A stretch of DNA of 64,000 nucleotides, taken from contig NC_045696.1 in the NCBI RefSeq assembly GCF_009834535.1, positions 46,006,001 to 46,070,000 on the forward strand, given 5' to 3'. How positions within the stretch are numbered: the first letter of the stretch is position 1; the number at the start of each line of letters is the position of its first letter. The translations under genes and the position numbers were made by a program. The notes below the pieces were generated by a model. It saw only the letters and a list, made by a program, of their open reading frames with translations, was not told the DNA's origin and searched no databases. The DNA comes from Camelus ferus (taxonomy: Eukaryota). This document shows, piece after piece, positions 26,201 through 38,401 of the stretch.

Positions 26201-28154
26201 CAATTTGGGAAATAATATGTTATTTTAGATCAAACGGTTTAGTGCTGTTTCAGAAAAAAAGTTAGGGATTCTGGGCCAAGCAGAAAACTGTAAGTGTCCT
26301 TTCAATGATCCTATTTTAGCACGCACCCTCAAAGAGGAGCAAAATAAATTACTTCACGTTTGTTAAATGAAAAAGTAAAAATATAAAGCTATTTAAGACT
26401 AACCATATAAAGAGGAAAACCATTCTGAGACTCAGTCTTAGGTTTTAACAAGGATTTCAAAACAGTTTTCCAATACTTGTAAGTCTCCTCTAGAAAACAT
26501 GAGATGAGAATCTAACAATTTACTCCAAAGTATACATGTGGAAATTGACACAGAAACACCATTTATTGGAGCTACGATTGAGACAGCTGGCCCATTTAAT
26601 CAGACAACTGGTTTGAGTTTATCTGGTTTCCACCTGCATAGTCTAGCACAGCAGGACAGACAAGCCCCCAACACAGATTAAAAGAATACTTTAGTCCTAT
26701 CTGACTCAGTGATCCTCTTCTGACATTGTGTCAATACTGAGGGGATAATAATGAGTCAAATGGTTTCAGTTAACTCATCTCCTGCCCTCCTTTTTACCCA
26801 GCAAGTAATATAATTCACCTGTCTTATGTGCAAAAAGGAAACAGCCCTGAATCATGAGCAGGTCTGGGAGCACACCCAGTGATACTTCTTGGAACAGACC
26901 TGTCATATCCAATAGGCACATCCTTTCCTAATGACCACAGCCCCTCAGTGTACAGACCATGCATTCGCCTATCTAAGACATATGCCAGTGGGAGTGCAGA
27001 TATTCTTAGGAATGATAACAACTATAAAATCATGTTTGATTTGCTTCTATTTTTTGGCTTCCTGTTTTATGATGCTTATACCAAATCAACCATTGCCTTT
27101 TGTAGGAGAAAAAGACATCTGTAAGATTGATGACTCCCTTATCTCACTGCCCTCTCTCTATGCTGAAATTAATAAGAAGAAAAGAAACTTTAACTCATTA
27201 AAATTCTTCACGCAAACAAAGTCTCTCCCCGCTCTCTACTTCACACACTTTATCGCCTGCGAACGACTGTGGACTTACAAGTTTCCAATCTAACTTCCTC
27301 AGGAGAATCGAGTCTGTTGACGGTGTGGAAACTTCCCTCTCTCTTTAGACATTGTAAGCAGTTCTGAAGATGCAACAAATCTCATTTGGGAGCAGCACAC
27401 CATCACCCACATATTAACTTGTCACCCTGAGTAATAAAGTTCACAAACTCCATTTCATTTTTTTCTTCACCATGTTGCCTGATAATATAAAAAGGTGTCA
27501 CATCCCTTTGATTTGTAGCTCGCGTGTTTCTGAAATAGCCTCTTCACAAACAACCTGATGAAGTCAAGAAAGTTGGATGACTTTTTCCTTAATGCTCAGG
27601 TCTATTTCCCAGTAAATATTCATGTGCATCAACATAAAAGTGTTCAATGAGGTGCAATCTTGGTAATTGCACAAACAGGAAAAAGTCAAAGCATGATTGT
27701 TCTGAGCAGGGCAGGAATTTCTAGACTCACTGTCTCTGTTAAAAGCAGTGGCCCCAAATTACATAGCCAGGTATGGCATTTCCATACCTTTGAATTACCA
27801 ACAAAGATATCAAAGAATGTCACATTTGTTATATATAATTGAAAAATGGCTATCTGCTTTTCCACAGCTTTCTTTAATTAAGGTGTCTTCTGTGATATGC
27901 AAAATGTGTTCATACCTGATCCATTTTAACAACCTGTTTTCTAATTAACATATTTGTGATTCACCTTTAGATGCTTCACTGACATTCTTTCTTTTGCCAC
28001 CACTGTATGGGGAGAAAAAGAATAGCAATCAGTCACAAATGCTGTTTGGATTTCTAGTAACCATGTTTCTAGATAAATAATGGAGACTCTTTGTGGATGT
28101 GTGTTTTGAGATCATCAGCTATTCTCATCATTACTGAGCAGCTTAAGTCTTTTC

Positions 28155-28328
28155 AGAGTAGTGTTTAATAGCTAGGGAAACCACAGCCTCTTTCAAAGAT
28201 TTGGTAAAATATTGATGCTTCTCCCCTGAAATAAAAGATCATAAACACAATTTTTTGCCTATAATTCAAGGGATTCAAAGACTTCTAAAGTAATCAACCA
28301 AAGATGATTTCAGGTTAAGAATCTCTGC
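28155..28328. mobile_element. hAT-Charlie MITE
   Basis: Ends in caggttaagaatctctg; internal cttctcccctgaaa...acacaattttttgcctataattcaaggg; related to 35603-35722. Confidence 0.55.
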
Positions 28329-28722
28329 TCTAGAGTTATGACTATGCTCGTTTTTGTAACACCATGGTGGCAGTGTGGAGAATGGGTTGGAATAAGCCAA
28401 GAAAGGCTGCAGTGAAGGAGTGGAAAGTACTTGCCATTTTCATCAGAATCAGTGAGCAGTGAGGGTGGTTTGACCAACAGGCAACAGAAAGTGAGAAAAT
28501 GAAAAAACAAAATCAACAAAACCCAGAGATTGAAAGAGTTTGTTTGTTTTTTATATCTATATGGAAAGAAAAGAAAAAAAGACCTCCTTCCTCAGTAATG
28601 TCTGACATCAAAAAGAAGGATGGGGTGGGGGGAATGGATCAAGCAGAAAACCGGTCCTTTGAAAATGTTAAGGCTTTTACTGTTGTATCTTTATTTTACA
28701 CAAAATAACCCTAGAAAACTAG

Positions 28723-28774
28723 TAAAAAAAAAAAAAAAAAAAAAAGAAAGAAAGAAAGAAAGAAAGAAAGAAAA
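28723..28774. repeat. poly(A) followed by (GAAA)n
   Basis: Seen directly. Confidence 0.95.
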
Positions 28775-29128
28775 TTCCTGCACAGAATATTTTTTAAGTG
28801 ATTAGGTATTTTTGCAGTGTGATTTTTCTAGATTACATAAGAAAGCTAGTTTCCAGTTCATGCATTGGCTATGTTCTATAGAAATGGTGGCTTATGTTAC
28901 CAACAACACACTCTATCATACTTACAGTGAATAAAAGGACAAATTAAAAAGAAAATCTATACATAAAGAGGTTAGATCCATAGGCTCTCCCATCCATAGG
29001 CCTCACAGATTTGTGGTTATCCCTCCCACTACCAACCTCCCATCACTACCACCTTCCTAAAGGTGAGAGGTTTATTCTTTGGAGAAACTGGATCTGAAGG
29101 TCCCCGGCTTAAGACACTAGACATAACC

Positions 29129-29147
29129 GGGGGGGGGGGGGGGGGGG
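29129..29147. repeat. poly(G) homopolymer (19 nt)
   Basis: Seen directly. Confidence 0.95.
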
Positions 29148-29379
29148 TGAAACTGACAACAGGACCGAAGAAGGGGAGTTTCCTCTCCCTAATGCTAGAA
29201 CGCCAGGAGCCAGGCATTAAATCCCTACCCCAGGGCAGGATATAAAAGGTTTCTTCCCTAGGGGGGAGAAAAAGGATTGTCCCAAAGAAAAGACACACAA
29301 ATTCAAGGGCTCCTAATGAAAAGGCTATGTTCTCTCAGATTACCCTATAATAAGTCATCAGCAGATAAATCTCTCTTAC

Positions 29380-29700
29380 CCAAGGCTTAAAGTTTCAATT
29401 AACTTTCTATCACCTCACTCAATATAAATGGACAGCCAAGTATCACCAGCATTTGAAAGAATCCCCTAATGGGAAAAATAAGCAGAACAAAATAGGAATA
29501 CAGAAGAAATAAAGGTGATGCAGGGTATAATAAAGCATAAAAAAAAACAAATTATCATTAACATTCTCTGAGAAATGAGTTTACACTAATAACAAAGAAC
29601 AGAGAGCTATTGAAAAGGAACAATGGGAGACAAAAGGCTCTTTAAAATTAGAAATAGGACAGCTAAAATTTAAACCAAATCAATAAAAGGAAAAGGGAAA
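29380..29700 (+). mobile_element. old L1ME/HAL1-like ORF1-region remnant
   Basis: A-rich; ccaagtatcaccagcatttga...aacaaagaacagagagctattgaaaaggaaca...ctctttaaaattagaaatagg. Confidence 0.45.
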
Positions 29701-29768
29701 GATTCCATTTTGTTTCAAATATTACGCCTTTTTTGGTTTTGTCTGGCAACTAACAAGTCAAATATACC

Positions 29769-30699
29769 TGTGAGATAAGAGAAAATATATATGTTGGTCC
29801 CTGCCCACACACAGTTCCTGGCACTGAGCTGCTAAAACTCCTTTGTAGTTTCCTAAGTAATGAGAGCACTAGGAGCATCGCTTGTTCTTAACACTCAGTC
29901 TTTGACCCTGGTTCCTGACATAGAGCTCCTGAAACTCTTATAATTTCTTGGGTGAAAGGAGTGTCTTTTGTTTTAAGAGGATACTCTGGGTGGGCTCCTG
30001 AATGGCTCCTGGATGAGGGCGGGTCACTGGAAAGACCAAGCCAGGATTAGAAGCTTGGAATCTTCAGCCCTACCTCTCACTCTCTAGGAGGGTAGAGAGG
30101 CTGGAAATGAAGTTAATAACTGAACATGCCTATGTGAGGAAGCCGCCATAAAATCCAATAGCTTGGGGTTCAGGGAGCTTCCAGGTCAGTGAACACCTAC
30201 CCAAGGGAGAAGCACCCCAGCTCCATGGGGACAGAAGCTCCTGTGCTCCAGACCCTCCCTGACCTTGCACTATTTGTCTCTTCATCTGGCTGTTCATCTG
30301 TATCTTTTATTATAGCAATTAATAAACTGGTAAACACAAGTAACTGTTTTCCTAAGTTCTGTGAACTGCTCAGTTAAAATTAATCAAACCCAAAGAGAAA
30401 GCTGTGGGAAACTCTGATTTACAGCCCGTGAATCAGAAGCATAGGTGACAACCTGGATTGGTCTCTGTAGTGAGGTGGGAACAGTCTTGTGGGACTGAGG
30501 CTCTGAACCTGTGGGATCTGATGCTATCTCCAGACAGTGTCAGAATTAAGTACCTTGTAGGACACCCAGGTGGTGTCACAGAGAACTGCCTGGTTGCGGG
30601 GAGACCCACACATTTTGTGCCCAGATGTGTCCTGAGTGTGACAGTAGGGTGGGAGTAAAGGAGAAATACAGGAGGTACAATGGGGTTTTTTCTTAAGCA
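29769..30699 (+). mobile_element. solo ERVL LTR, MER21-like
   Basis: TG...CA ends; 5-bp TSD atacc/acacc; MER21 motifs ggaaagaccaagccaggattagaagcttggaa and ggggacagaagctcctgtgctc; AATAAA near 30321. Confidence 0.85.
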
Positions 30700-31289
30700 A
30701 CACCCCTCTCTACCTGTCACTATCAACTGCACATTTCATACATTATAGGAAGAGAGTCTCAGGTCAGTAGATTATATTTCTATAATTTGGAACTCTAGTT
30801 CTCTGGCCCATGTGCCAAGTGAAATCCTTACGAAAATATTCTGTACTCAATTCTACATGCTTGCTTCACTGCCTGGATTGTAAGCTTCAGGAGAACAAAA
30901 GTCAAACTTCCTTGGTTGATACCTAGCATTTCACAGTACCTGGTTCATTCGGGGGCATAATCGGGTAATGTTAAAAAATCCTTTCTGAAAATATTCTTAA
31001 GGATTCCAAACATCTCTAAATCTTTAAGGACAGAAGAAAAGGCTGAGAGATATGCAAATGAGTGTTAAACATATGATGAAGGATTTACTAAAAGAAAAAG
31101 AAAACTAATGACTACTTTTGAGTTAAATAATGACAATAAATTAGATGAGTAAAAATAAAACATTTTATTTCAAGGTGAAAACAATGGAAACATTTGGAAA
31201 CACTAGACTAACTTAATCAGCAAAGTATTTATGATATTTGTCAAATATAGCATTAAGATAGATGCTCTGGGTTTTTCTCACACTGTACA

Positions 31290-32620
31290 ACCGATATTTA
31301 TCAGTGGCCTACGATGTGCTAAACACTATGCTAGGTGTGTATGACTTGAAGAGATGTAAAGACGAATAAAATAGTGTCTCTCTTCAAAGAACACAAAGTG
31401 TAGCAGAACCAGATGAAAGTAGAATGTGGTAATCCCTTTGCCTTTGGCATATGCAGATACATTTCAGCCTACAGCAAAAACTGGGTTGGAATAGGATTTT
31501 AGAAGAAGTCAGTTTAAGCAGACTCTTGAAGAACAAATCAGGAAGACTAAGGAGAAAGAGACATTCTGAGCTAGAGTGATAAACCAATCCTGTTTGCCTG
31601 GCAAGGAGAGGTTGCGGGGTCAGGGAAACTTTCAGGGTTAAAACCAGGTAAATTCTAGGCACACTAGGACAATTCTGGTCACACTGTCTGATGCAGAAGG
31701 AACAACCTAGTTGAAAGGTAAAAGAAGATGTAGCTATTTGGAGACCTAAAAAATTCCCGAGTATACATAAAGGAGACAGCAACAAATGAAAATTCAGGAA
31801 GCTAGTCATTCTAAGGGTCATTTTGTGCTGTGCAAAAGAGTTTGGAGTATAATTTTAAATCAATGGAGAACCACTGATGGGTATTGCTCAAAGGAGTGAA
31901 ATGTTCTGATTTGTCTTTGGAAAGATCATTCTGACGTTCCTGTGAAAGATAAATTAGAAATCTAAGACAAGAGGAAAGTGACCTGATTAGGAAACTGCTG
32001 TATTAATTTATGGAATAAAAAAGACAAAGAGGAATATGGCAGCTTTAACAAAGGATATAGAGGGAAAGATAAATTCAAGAAATATGTAGGCAGTCAAAAC
32101 AATGGGATTGAAACACATATGAAGGATCAGTAAGGACTCCCATGTTCCTGGTTTAATAAGCTCAACAGATGGAAGTTTCATTCATCAAGGATGGAAACAC
32201 AAAAGAAAGAACCGATTTTGAGGTGGAGATGCTTGGAAAGGGGAAGATGATGAATTCTGTTTGCTTGTTGAATGTCGGAGCCCCACAGAGGATCTTAATC
32301 AAAGCAGCAGCAGGTATTTTCAATATAATTCTGATGCCCACAACTGAGCTTTAAGATGGAGACAAATAGAACCTTCAACTTAGAGTGGTGTCAAGGAATG
32401 AAGGGATGAAGAGTTTCAAAAAGGAAGTGACAGGTCCGTTTGAAGGCTAAAGAGAGATCAAAATAATAAGTCTGAAATGTGTCCAAAGAACTTGGTGATT
32501 TGGAGTAAATTAGAGACCTTTTCCAGAGCAGGACTGGTGTGGAGACGGTGACTATAACTTTATGACAGTGAGTAAAAATGTCAAAAAACAGGGAAAGATA
32601 TTATAGGTTCATTTTTCAAG
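31290..32620 (-). mobile_element. L2 LINE remnant
   Basis: atttatcagtggcctacgatgtgctaaacactatgctagg; caatggagaaccactgatgg...ggaaagatcattctgac. Confidence 0.75.
31573..31686. mobile_element. MER94-like (hAT-Blackjack) MITE nested in L2
   Basis: Degenerate TIRs agagtgataaaccaatcctgtttgcctgg / ctaggcacactaggacaattctggtcacact; central gaaactttcagggttaaaaccagg. Confidence 0.7.
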
Positions 32621-33204
32621 AATTTTGGCTAAAACAATATAACATTTGGCTCCTGCCTCCAAAAAGTGACATTCTGTTGGAAATTACGATTCACCTAGAT
32701 CCTGCCAACAAACTCAGCATTTTTAGGCATCCCCAACACTCTCTATCATACCTTTGGCTATAAAACTCTGCAATCAATAAAAATGTGTTTAATGAGAGAC
32801 CCCCTCAAAAAGCTATCAATTTTTGCATTGTATTAATGTATAGCATAAATCAAAATTATGGCTACAATAAGCTTCACTTTTGCTAAGAAAAACTGGCAAT
32901 GCTTAAGGCTTATCCAAGACAGTGAGAACTGGTCTCTACTACGGAAAGCAGTCCGTGAACAGCTCTAGAGGCAAAAATGGATTTCCCAAGTGATTTATTC
33001 AGCTTAAATTTCTAAAAACTCGTACAGTACAACAAACTCTTTGGAGTCCTAGTCAAAAAAACAATCTGGAATCTGTAAAAATTGAAGCAATTGCCCTTTT
33101 TTTCTAGAGATAGCAGCTCCAGGTATCAAATGGGATTTGTTTTCTCCAACCTGACTCACCAGAATACTTTCAGTAAACCATCCCCAAATGAGCCCTTATT
33201 GTCA

Positions 33205-33593
33205 AAGTGTAGAAGTCTGAATAGTCTAGTGCATGCTGCAATAACAAATAACCCCAAGTTTTGATGACTTAAACAGGTAAGTTTTTTTCTTACTCATTGA
33301 TATGTCCATAATAGGTCAGCCAGGGATTCCTTTCATCTCAGTCACTGAGAAACCAAGACTTATAAAACAGCCACCATTTCAAACATTACGGAGTAAAACA
33401 GATCTAGTGAGCCCTGCAATCAGCCAGAGTAACAAACATCACCTTTGCTCGTAGTTAGCTAGAACTAGTCACATGATCCAAATCCAGATGTAAGATACGT
33501 AAGAGGGCCACAGAATTACGGAATTCAATCCTACCATGAGCCCAAAAGATGAAGTGACAGATATACTGAGAGAATTTTATTAATGACTACTGC
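33205..33593 (-). mobile_element. MLT1J/K-like MaLR LTR
   Basis: atgctgcaataacaaataaccccaa...gctagaactagtcacatg...aatcctaccatgagcccaaaag...taatgactactgca. Confidence 0.75.
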
Positions 33594-34984
33594 AAAAATT
33601 ATACTGATTAAACCCATCCCTTCCCACGAGGTATATAAACATACATATATGTATGTATGTATAGCAATGAGAAATGTATGATACAGTTTGAAGTTTTATA
33701 AGATTCCTGGGTGGGGACCACCTTTGAGTATTGTTTCTATGTCACCCCATTAACACTTTACTTTAATTATCCACTCAGATGTCCTAATCAAACCAGAAAC
33801 CCTCAAGAAATCATGGCAGAGTTTTAAATGTTACCCTAAATGGGGTAATTTGCACACACAAAAAGAATAATCACACCCAAGGAAATGTTATATCTTTTTA
33901 AATCATATAACAGAAAAATAAAATTATTTTCTATAAGAATAATTGGATACTATGCCATCCAGGAAATGAAATTTCCACATTTCACTGGCAAATGAGTACC
34001 CTTCTTTGATAAAGGGATAATCAAGGTTTATTTTTCACTTGGGAAGAGAAAAAGAGAATGATAGTGTTTATGGACTGGTACTGCCATAAGCCTTCTCCTT
34101 GAACAGTTCCCTCTACCTGTATTTTTAATTGATTGGCTCCTTTCCAGACATCTTTAGACTATGTAGTAGAAGAAATGCAATGTTTTCACCTTGACATTAT
34201 AGTAAGAATTTCTTTATATCTTTGTATTTTTTCTCCTAAGCCTGTTGCTTCTCAAAGTCAGTCAAGCTTTTTTTTTCTTTTCTGCAATCAGATAATTCTT
34301 CAATAAATTCAGAATCCTTAGCAGCCTGCAAATTCATCATAAAATGAAATTATTAATGGCATATTTGGAAATTCCATTTGTATGACCACACCAACATTTG
34401 TTTGTATATGAAACTTTATTTCTGTGTAACTCCTTCCAATCTCTCTTGTTCACTTGTTTTCTTTCTCATCCCATTCACAGTTATTTTTGAAACAACTAAG
34501 TCCCACTGATAGTTTCATGATAGCATTGGTTTTCTCCCTACTAATTTATTCAGAGCTAAGGAGTATGAAACAATCCTCTTCCTAAAGATAAACCTGACTT
34601 CTAGAACAAAGCTTCTTTTTTATGTTTTTTCCTTCTAAACCAGGACATTTCTCTGAGCATATCAAGGGAACAAGTTTCTAGAGTCAGTTTTCCCTCTTCT
34701 TTTGAACTTGTAAACTGAACCAGCTCTCCACCAAGCTGCCCATTTGGTAATAGATGTTTATGGTACTTAAATTCTTGTGGATTTCAGGCATAGTTTAAAT
34801 TTGCAAAAATCCCTCAAGCTAACATTGAATAAACAATTTGGCCAAGTAGCTCTTCTTAAGAGTGGACTTATATTCAAAATACACAAAATGACCAAAGTTA
34901 AACCCTGACCCCAACATTAAAAAGTTAAATAGGTTGGTTCCCCACATGTGCATATTCACATGGGGTGATGCTAATGACACCTTA

Positions 34985-35125
34985 GGTGATGCCCAAGCTT
35001 TAAGGCCCCTCACCTGCCCAAGGCCCAGATTAAGTCCCTAGCACTGTCATATGCATAATATTTATTCTTTTTCTCAAAGAGGGGCCCAAAACTGTATAAG
35101 GCCCACAAATCTGGATCTACCCCTA
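34985..35125. mobile_element. MER53-like hAT MITE fragment
   Basis: gaggggcccaaaactgtataaggcccacaaatctggatctaccccta. Confidence 0.6.
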
Positions 35126-35602
35126 CACAGACTATTAAAATTGATGCAACTCCCCCTTGGTAATTACAAAACAGAAAAAAAGAAATAGTCAATTAGGGAG
35201 AGCAGCTTTTCTCAATTTTGAAAGAATATTCTCTAAAATGAGCAAAATGACTGGCATGCTGATACCTGAAAATACGTTACTGAATGAACAAACTTAAGTT
35301 CTAAAAGAGTAGATATTTTAAAGAACTAGTTCCCATGGAAACTGATACAACAAAAAAAAATTTATATATACAGATAAGCTGAATTCATTTATATCGCCTT
35401 TAATGTGAATAGATGGCAAATTCCCTCTTCTTTCTCTCCCCTTGATGCTGATTTAAGGACTGCAAAATCTTCTGAAACAGCAATCCATTGAAGGCCAAGG
35501 CCTAGACCGAAACAGCGCTAGGCAAAGCAGCAGGAGCAGCTTCAGTGAAATCACTAAGACGGAATGCCCACCAAGAGCTGTAAGAGAAGGTAACCTCTAA
35601 AA

Positions 35603-35722
35603 CAGTGGTTCTTAACCCTGGAAAGTCAGAGTCTCCCTTTGAGACTTTAATACACAGTATGGATGCTCCATCCAGAAAAATGCATATTCAGGTTTTGCAT
35701 ATGATTTCAGGGGGTTCTTGGA
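35603..35722 (+). mobile_element. hAT-Charlie MITE fragment
   Basis: Starts with TIR cagtggttcttaacc; ccagaaaaatgcatat...ttttgcatatgatttcaggggg. Confidence 0.65.
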
Positions 35723-36964
35723 ACTTGCTAACAAACTTTTGATTTATCATCTATAAATTATTATATATTATATTCTTTGGTTCCAATGGAAACTTATCTA
35801 GCAGCCACATCAATATTTTGGCTATTTGTTGTATACGAAAGACACACGTTCCCTCTAAATCACCCTTATATATAACTTACTACAAACAATCCTGACATGT
35901 AGCTATGACCTAGGTGTTCAATTGTATTTATGTGTTTACTTATCTAACAGCAATGATCTCTCTTTTAGTTTTAACTGTAAGAAATTAGTTCTGTAACACA
36001 AGTGAGCCTGAAAGAAAGAGGACAGGGCAGGGGAGGCAAAAAGCATAACAGGATGCACGCTGCTCAGAGATGGAAGAAAAGGCAAGACTGCCGAGACCAG
36101 CCTGCCTCATGGAATCTCTTTGATGTGTCTGTTGAGATCTCTGTGATAATAAAATTTTTCAAGTTTCTCTGTGTACTGGAGGTGAGAGGAGATAAAATTA
36201 AAAGCTCAATTAACTAAACAAATTAATTCTTTTGACAGGACTTCGTCTCTCCCCTCCCTGGGCCTTCAGTCACCTACCTGGTCTCCGTAATGAGCACTGA
36301 GGGGTCTACACCCTGGAGTTAGTTCGTGCTCTAACAAAAAGCATCTAGGATGGTTTCTCCCAGTAGTTTGCATGTCATGTCTGCCACCCAGGTGTCTATT
36401 TGGTTTCTAACTTGATGGGGCCCAAGTGCTTATGCTGCTGGGTATAGACTGACCTATTCTCTACCCCCTGCCCTCCTGTTCTCATCATTTTAATGATTTC
36501 TCTCCTTACCTTGTTCTACAATAACTATGTCCTCTTGGCCCCTGCCAAGTTAGCAGCTCCCTTGCTTTGGATCCTAATCCTGGATTCTGTCCCCGGATCT
36601 CTAAACGCCTACTTGATTTCAGCTCACTTCTTTGACTCCCAGTGCTACCAGCTTGTGGACAGACACACTCGGTCCTATTCATACTCACCCAGGGGCACAC
36701 GCTCACATTCACAATCAGCCACACCTAGGCCCCCGTTTTCACACCATCACCCCCATCCCGTCCCCCCATTAATGATCCCTCAGCACAACTCACGCTTACT
36801 CACACAGTGATTCACAGCAATCCCGTTTCCTCGCATTCCTCCTCACTTTCACTCACACTCCTTCGCCTTCACGACCAGTCACCCCCGCTGACTTCCATTC
36901 CATCCTGCTCAGCCTCACTCAGCTTCAGCCCCCTACGCACACTAGTCAGCTCTCTCATCCACAC

Positions 36965-37266
36965 TCAGTCCACGATCAAGACATCAGCAGATTTGGTGTC
37001 TGGGGAGAGCCACGTGCCTGGTTCACAGACGGTGTGTTTTTGCTGTGTCCTCACGTAGTGGAAGGACAAGGAGCTCTCTGCGAACTCTTATAAGAGCACT
37101 AATCTCACTCATGAGATTATAAGGACTATAACTAATATTACTAGTTATAAGGACACTAATCTCACTCATCTCATGGGTGATGAGCACCTCCCAAGGGTCC
37201 CACCTCCTATTACACTGGGGGTTAGCTTTTAATGTATAAATTTGGGAAACATTCCATCCATAGCAC
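36965..37266 (-). mobile_element. MLT1A-like MaLR LTR fragment
   Basis: gtccacgatcaagacatcagcagatttggtgtctggggagagcc...tgtgtcctcacgtagtggaagg...ttataagagcactaatc...aaacattccatccatagca. Confidence 0.85.
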
Positions 37267-37279
37267 AAGTGTACTGCTA

Positions 37280-37500
37280 GACTCACACTCAGTCCCATAC
37301 ACTCCTATACAGGAATACCCAGCGCCAGTCACATGCACTCACCCACACTCACTCACAGTCCCACGCATGTGGGCACACACACCCAGCTACACACACACAC
37401 ACACACACACACGTGCACACACACAATGCCAAGTCCCACTTCCACACAAACTCACAAACTGAGTCCTTCTCACTCACACTCACACAAACACCCAGTCCCA
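37280..37500. repeat. (CA)n microsatellite within CA/TCAC-rich low complexity
   Basis: acacacacacacacacacacacac at about 37389-37412; degenerate actcacac units in the flanks and also at 36660-36960. Confidence 0.85.
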
Positions 37501-38029
37501 CTCCTTCACCCAGAATCCCGCCCACTTAGCCCTGCCCCCCTCCTCTCTCACACTCACCTAACTGCCCTCTCCCCACCCAAGCCGACACGCAGACCCAAGG
37601 TCACTGACTCCTCCAGCGGCTTCCTCACCCAAAGGTCTGCTCCACCCAACAGTGTTCTTCTCTTCCACAACTGTTACTTCTCAACTAGACAGGAACAGAG
37701 ATTGACCAGTAATACAGTCGCCTCCTTTTTGTAAGGTTTTCTTGAGTGCTCTCCCTCTTTATTTAAGTGCTAAGGGAACAGGCCTCCAACCTGTCCTAAG
37801 GGTTTAGGTTTTAAATGACTTAAAAATCTGCCTTGAGATAAAGTTGAATTCAGTTAGGAAGACAACACCCATGCCACAGATCAATAGAGAGAACTGAATT
37901 TGGGGAACTGGTTCACAAAAGAGCTGGAAGCACTAAGGAGCTTTTAGGAGACAGTGAGGCAGTTCCAGAGATAAAATTACCGGGAGCCACTATCACCCGT
38001 AAGGCCTAAAAGGCAATGGGAAGAAGTGG

Positions 38030-38401
38030 TGTATTAGTCAGGGGTTTCCAGAGAAACAGAACCAAGAGAAGGTGTGTAGGGAGAGGGAGGAGAGAGATGA
38101 GACTGATTTAAGGAACGGGCTTATGCGATTGTAAGGGCTGGCAAGTAAGAAATCTGAAGGGCTGGCTGGCAGCTGGAAATTGAGGTAAGATATGCTGCAG
38201 CCTTGAGGCAGAATAGCTTCTTTGGGAAACTTCGGTTTTTGCTCTCAAGGACTGGATGAGGCCCACCTACATTTTGGAGGATAATCTGCTTTACTTAGTC
38301 AACTGATGGTAAATATTAATCACATCCAGAAAAATCTTCACAGCAACATCTGGTGTTTAGCACCACAGCCTAGGCAAGTTGACATAAATTTGACCATCAC
38401 A
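38030..38401 (-). mobile_element. MLT2 (ERVL) LTR, nested in an older LTR-like remnant (about 37845-38680)
   Basis: tgtattagtcaggggtttccagagaaacagaacc...gactggatgaggcccacc...caagttgacataaatttgaccatcaca. Confidence 0.9.

Noticed and set aside
31384..31821. 145-aa minus-strand ORF
   Set aside because: Lies in degenerate L2 plus the MER94-like MITE; no coding signal.
37232..37734. His/Thr/Pro-rich ORFs
   Set aside because: They are translations of (CA)n low-complexity sequence.
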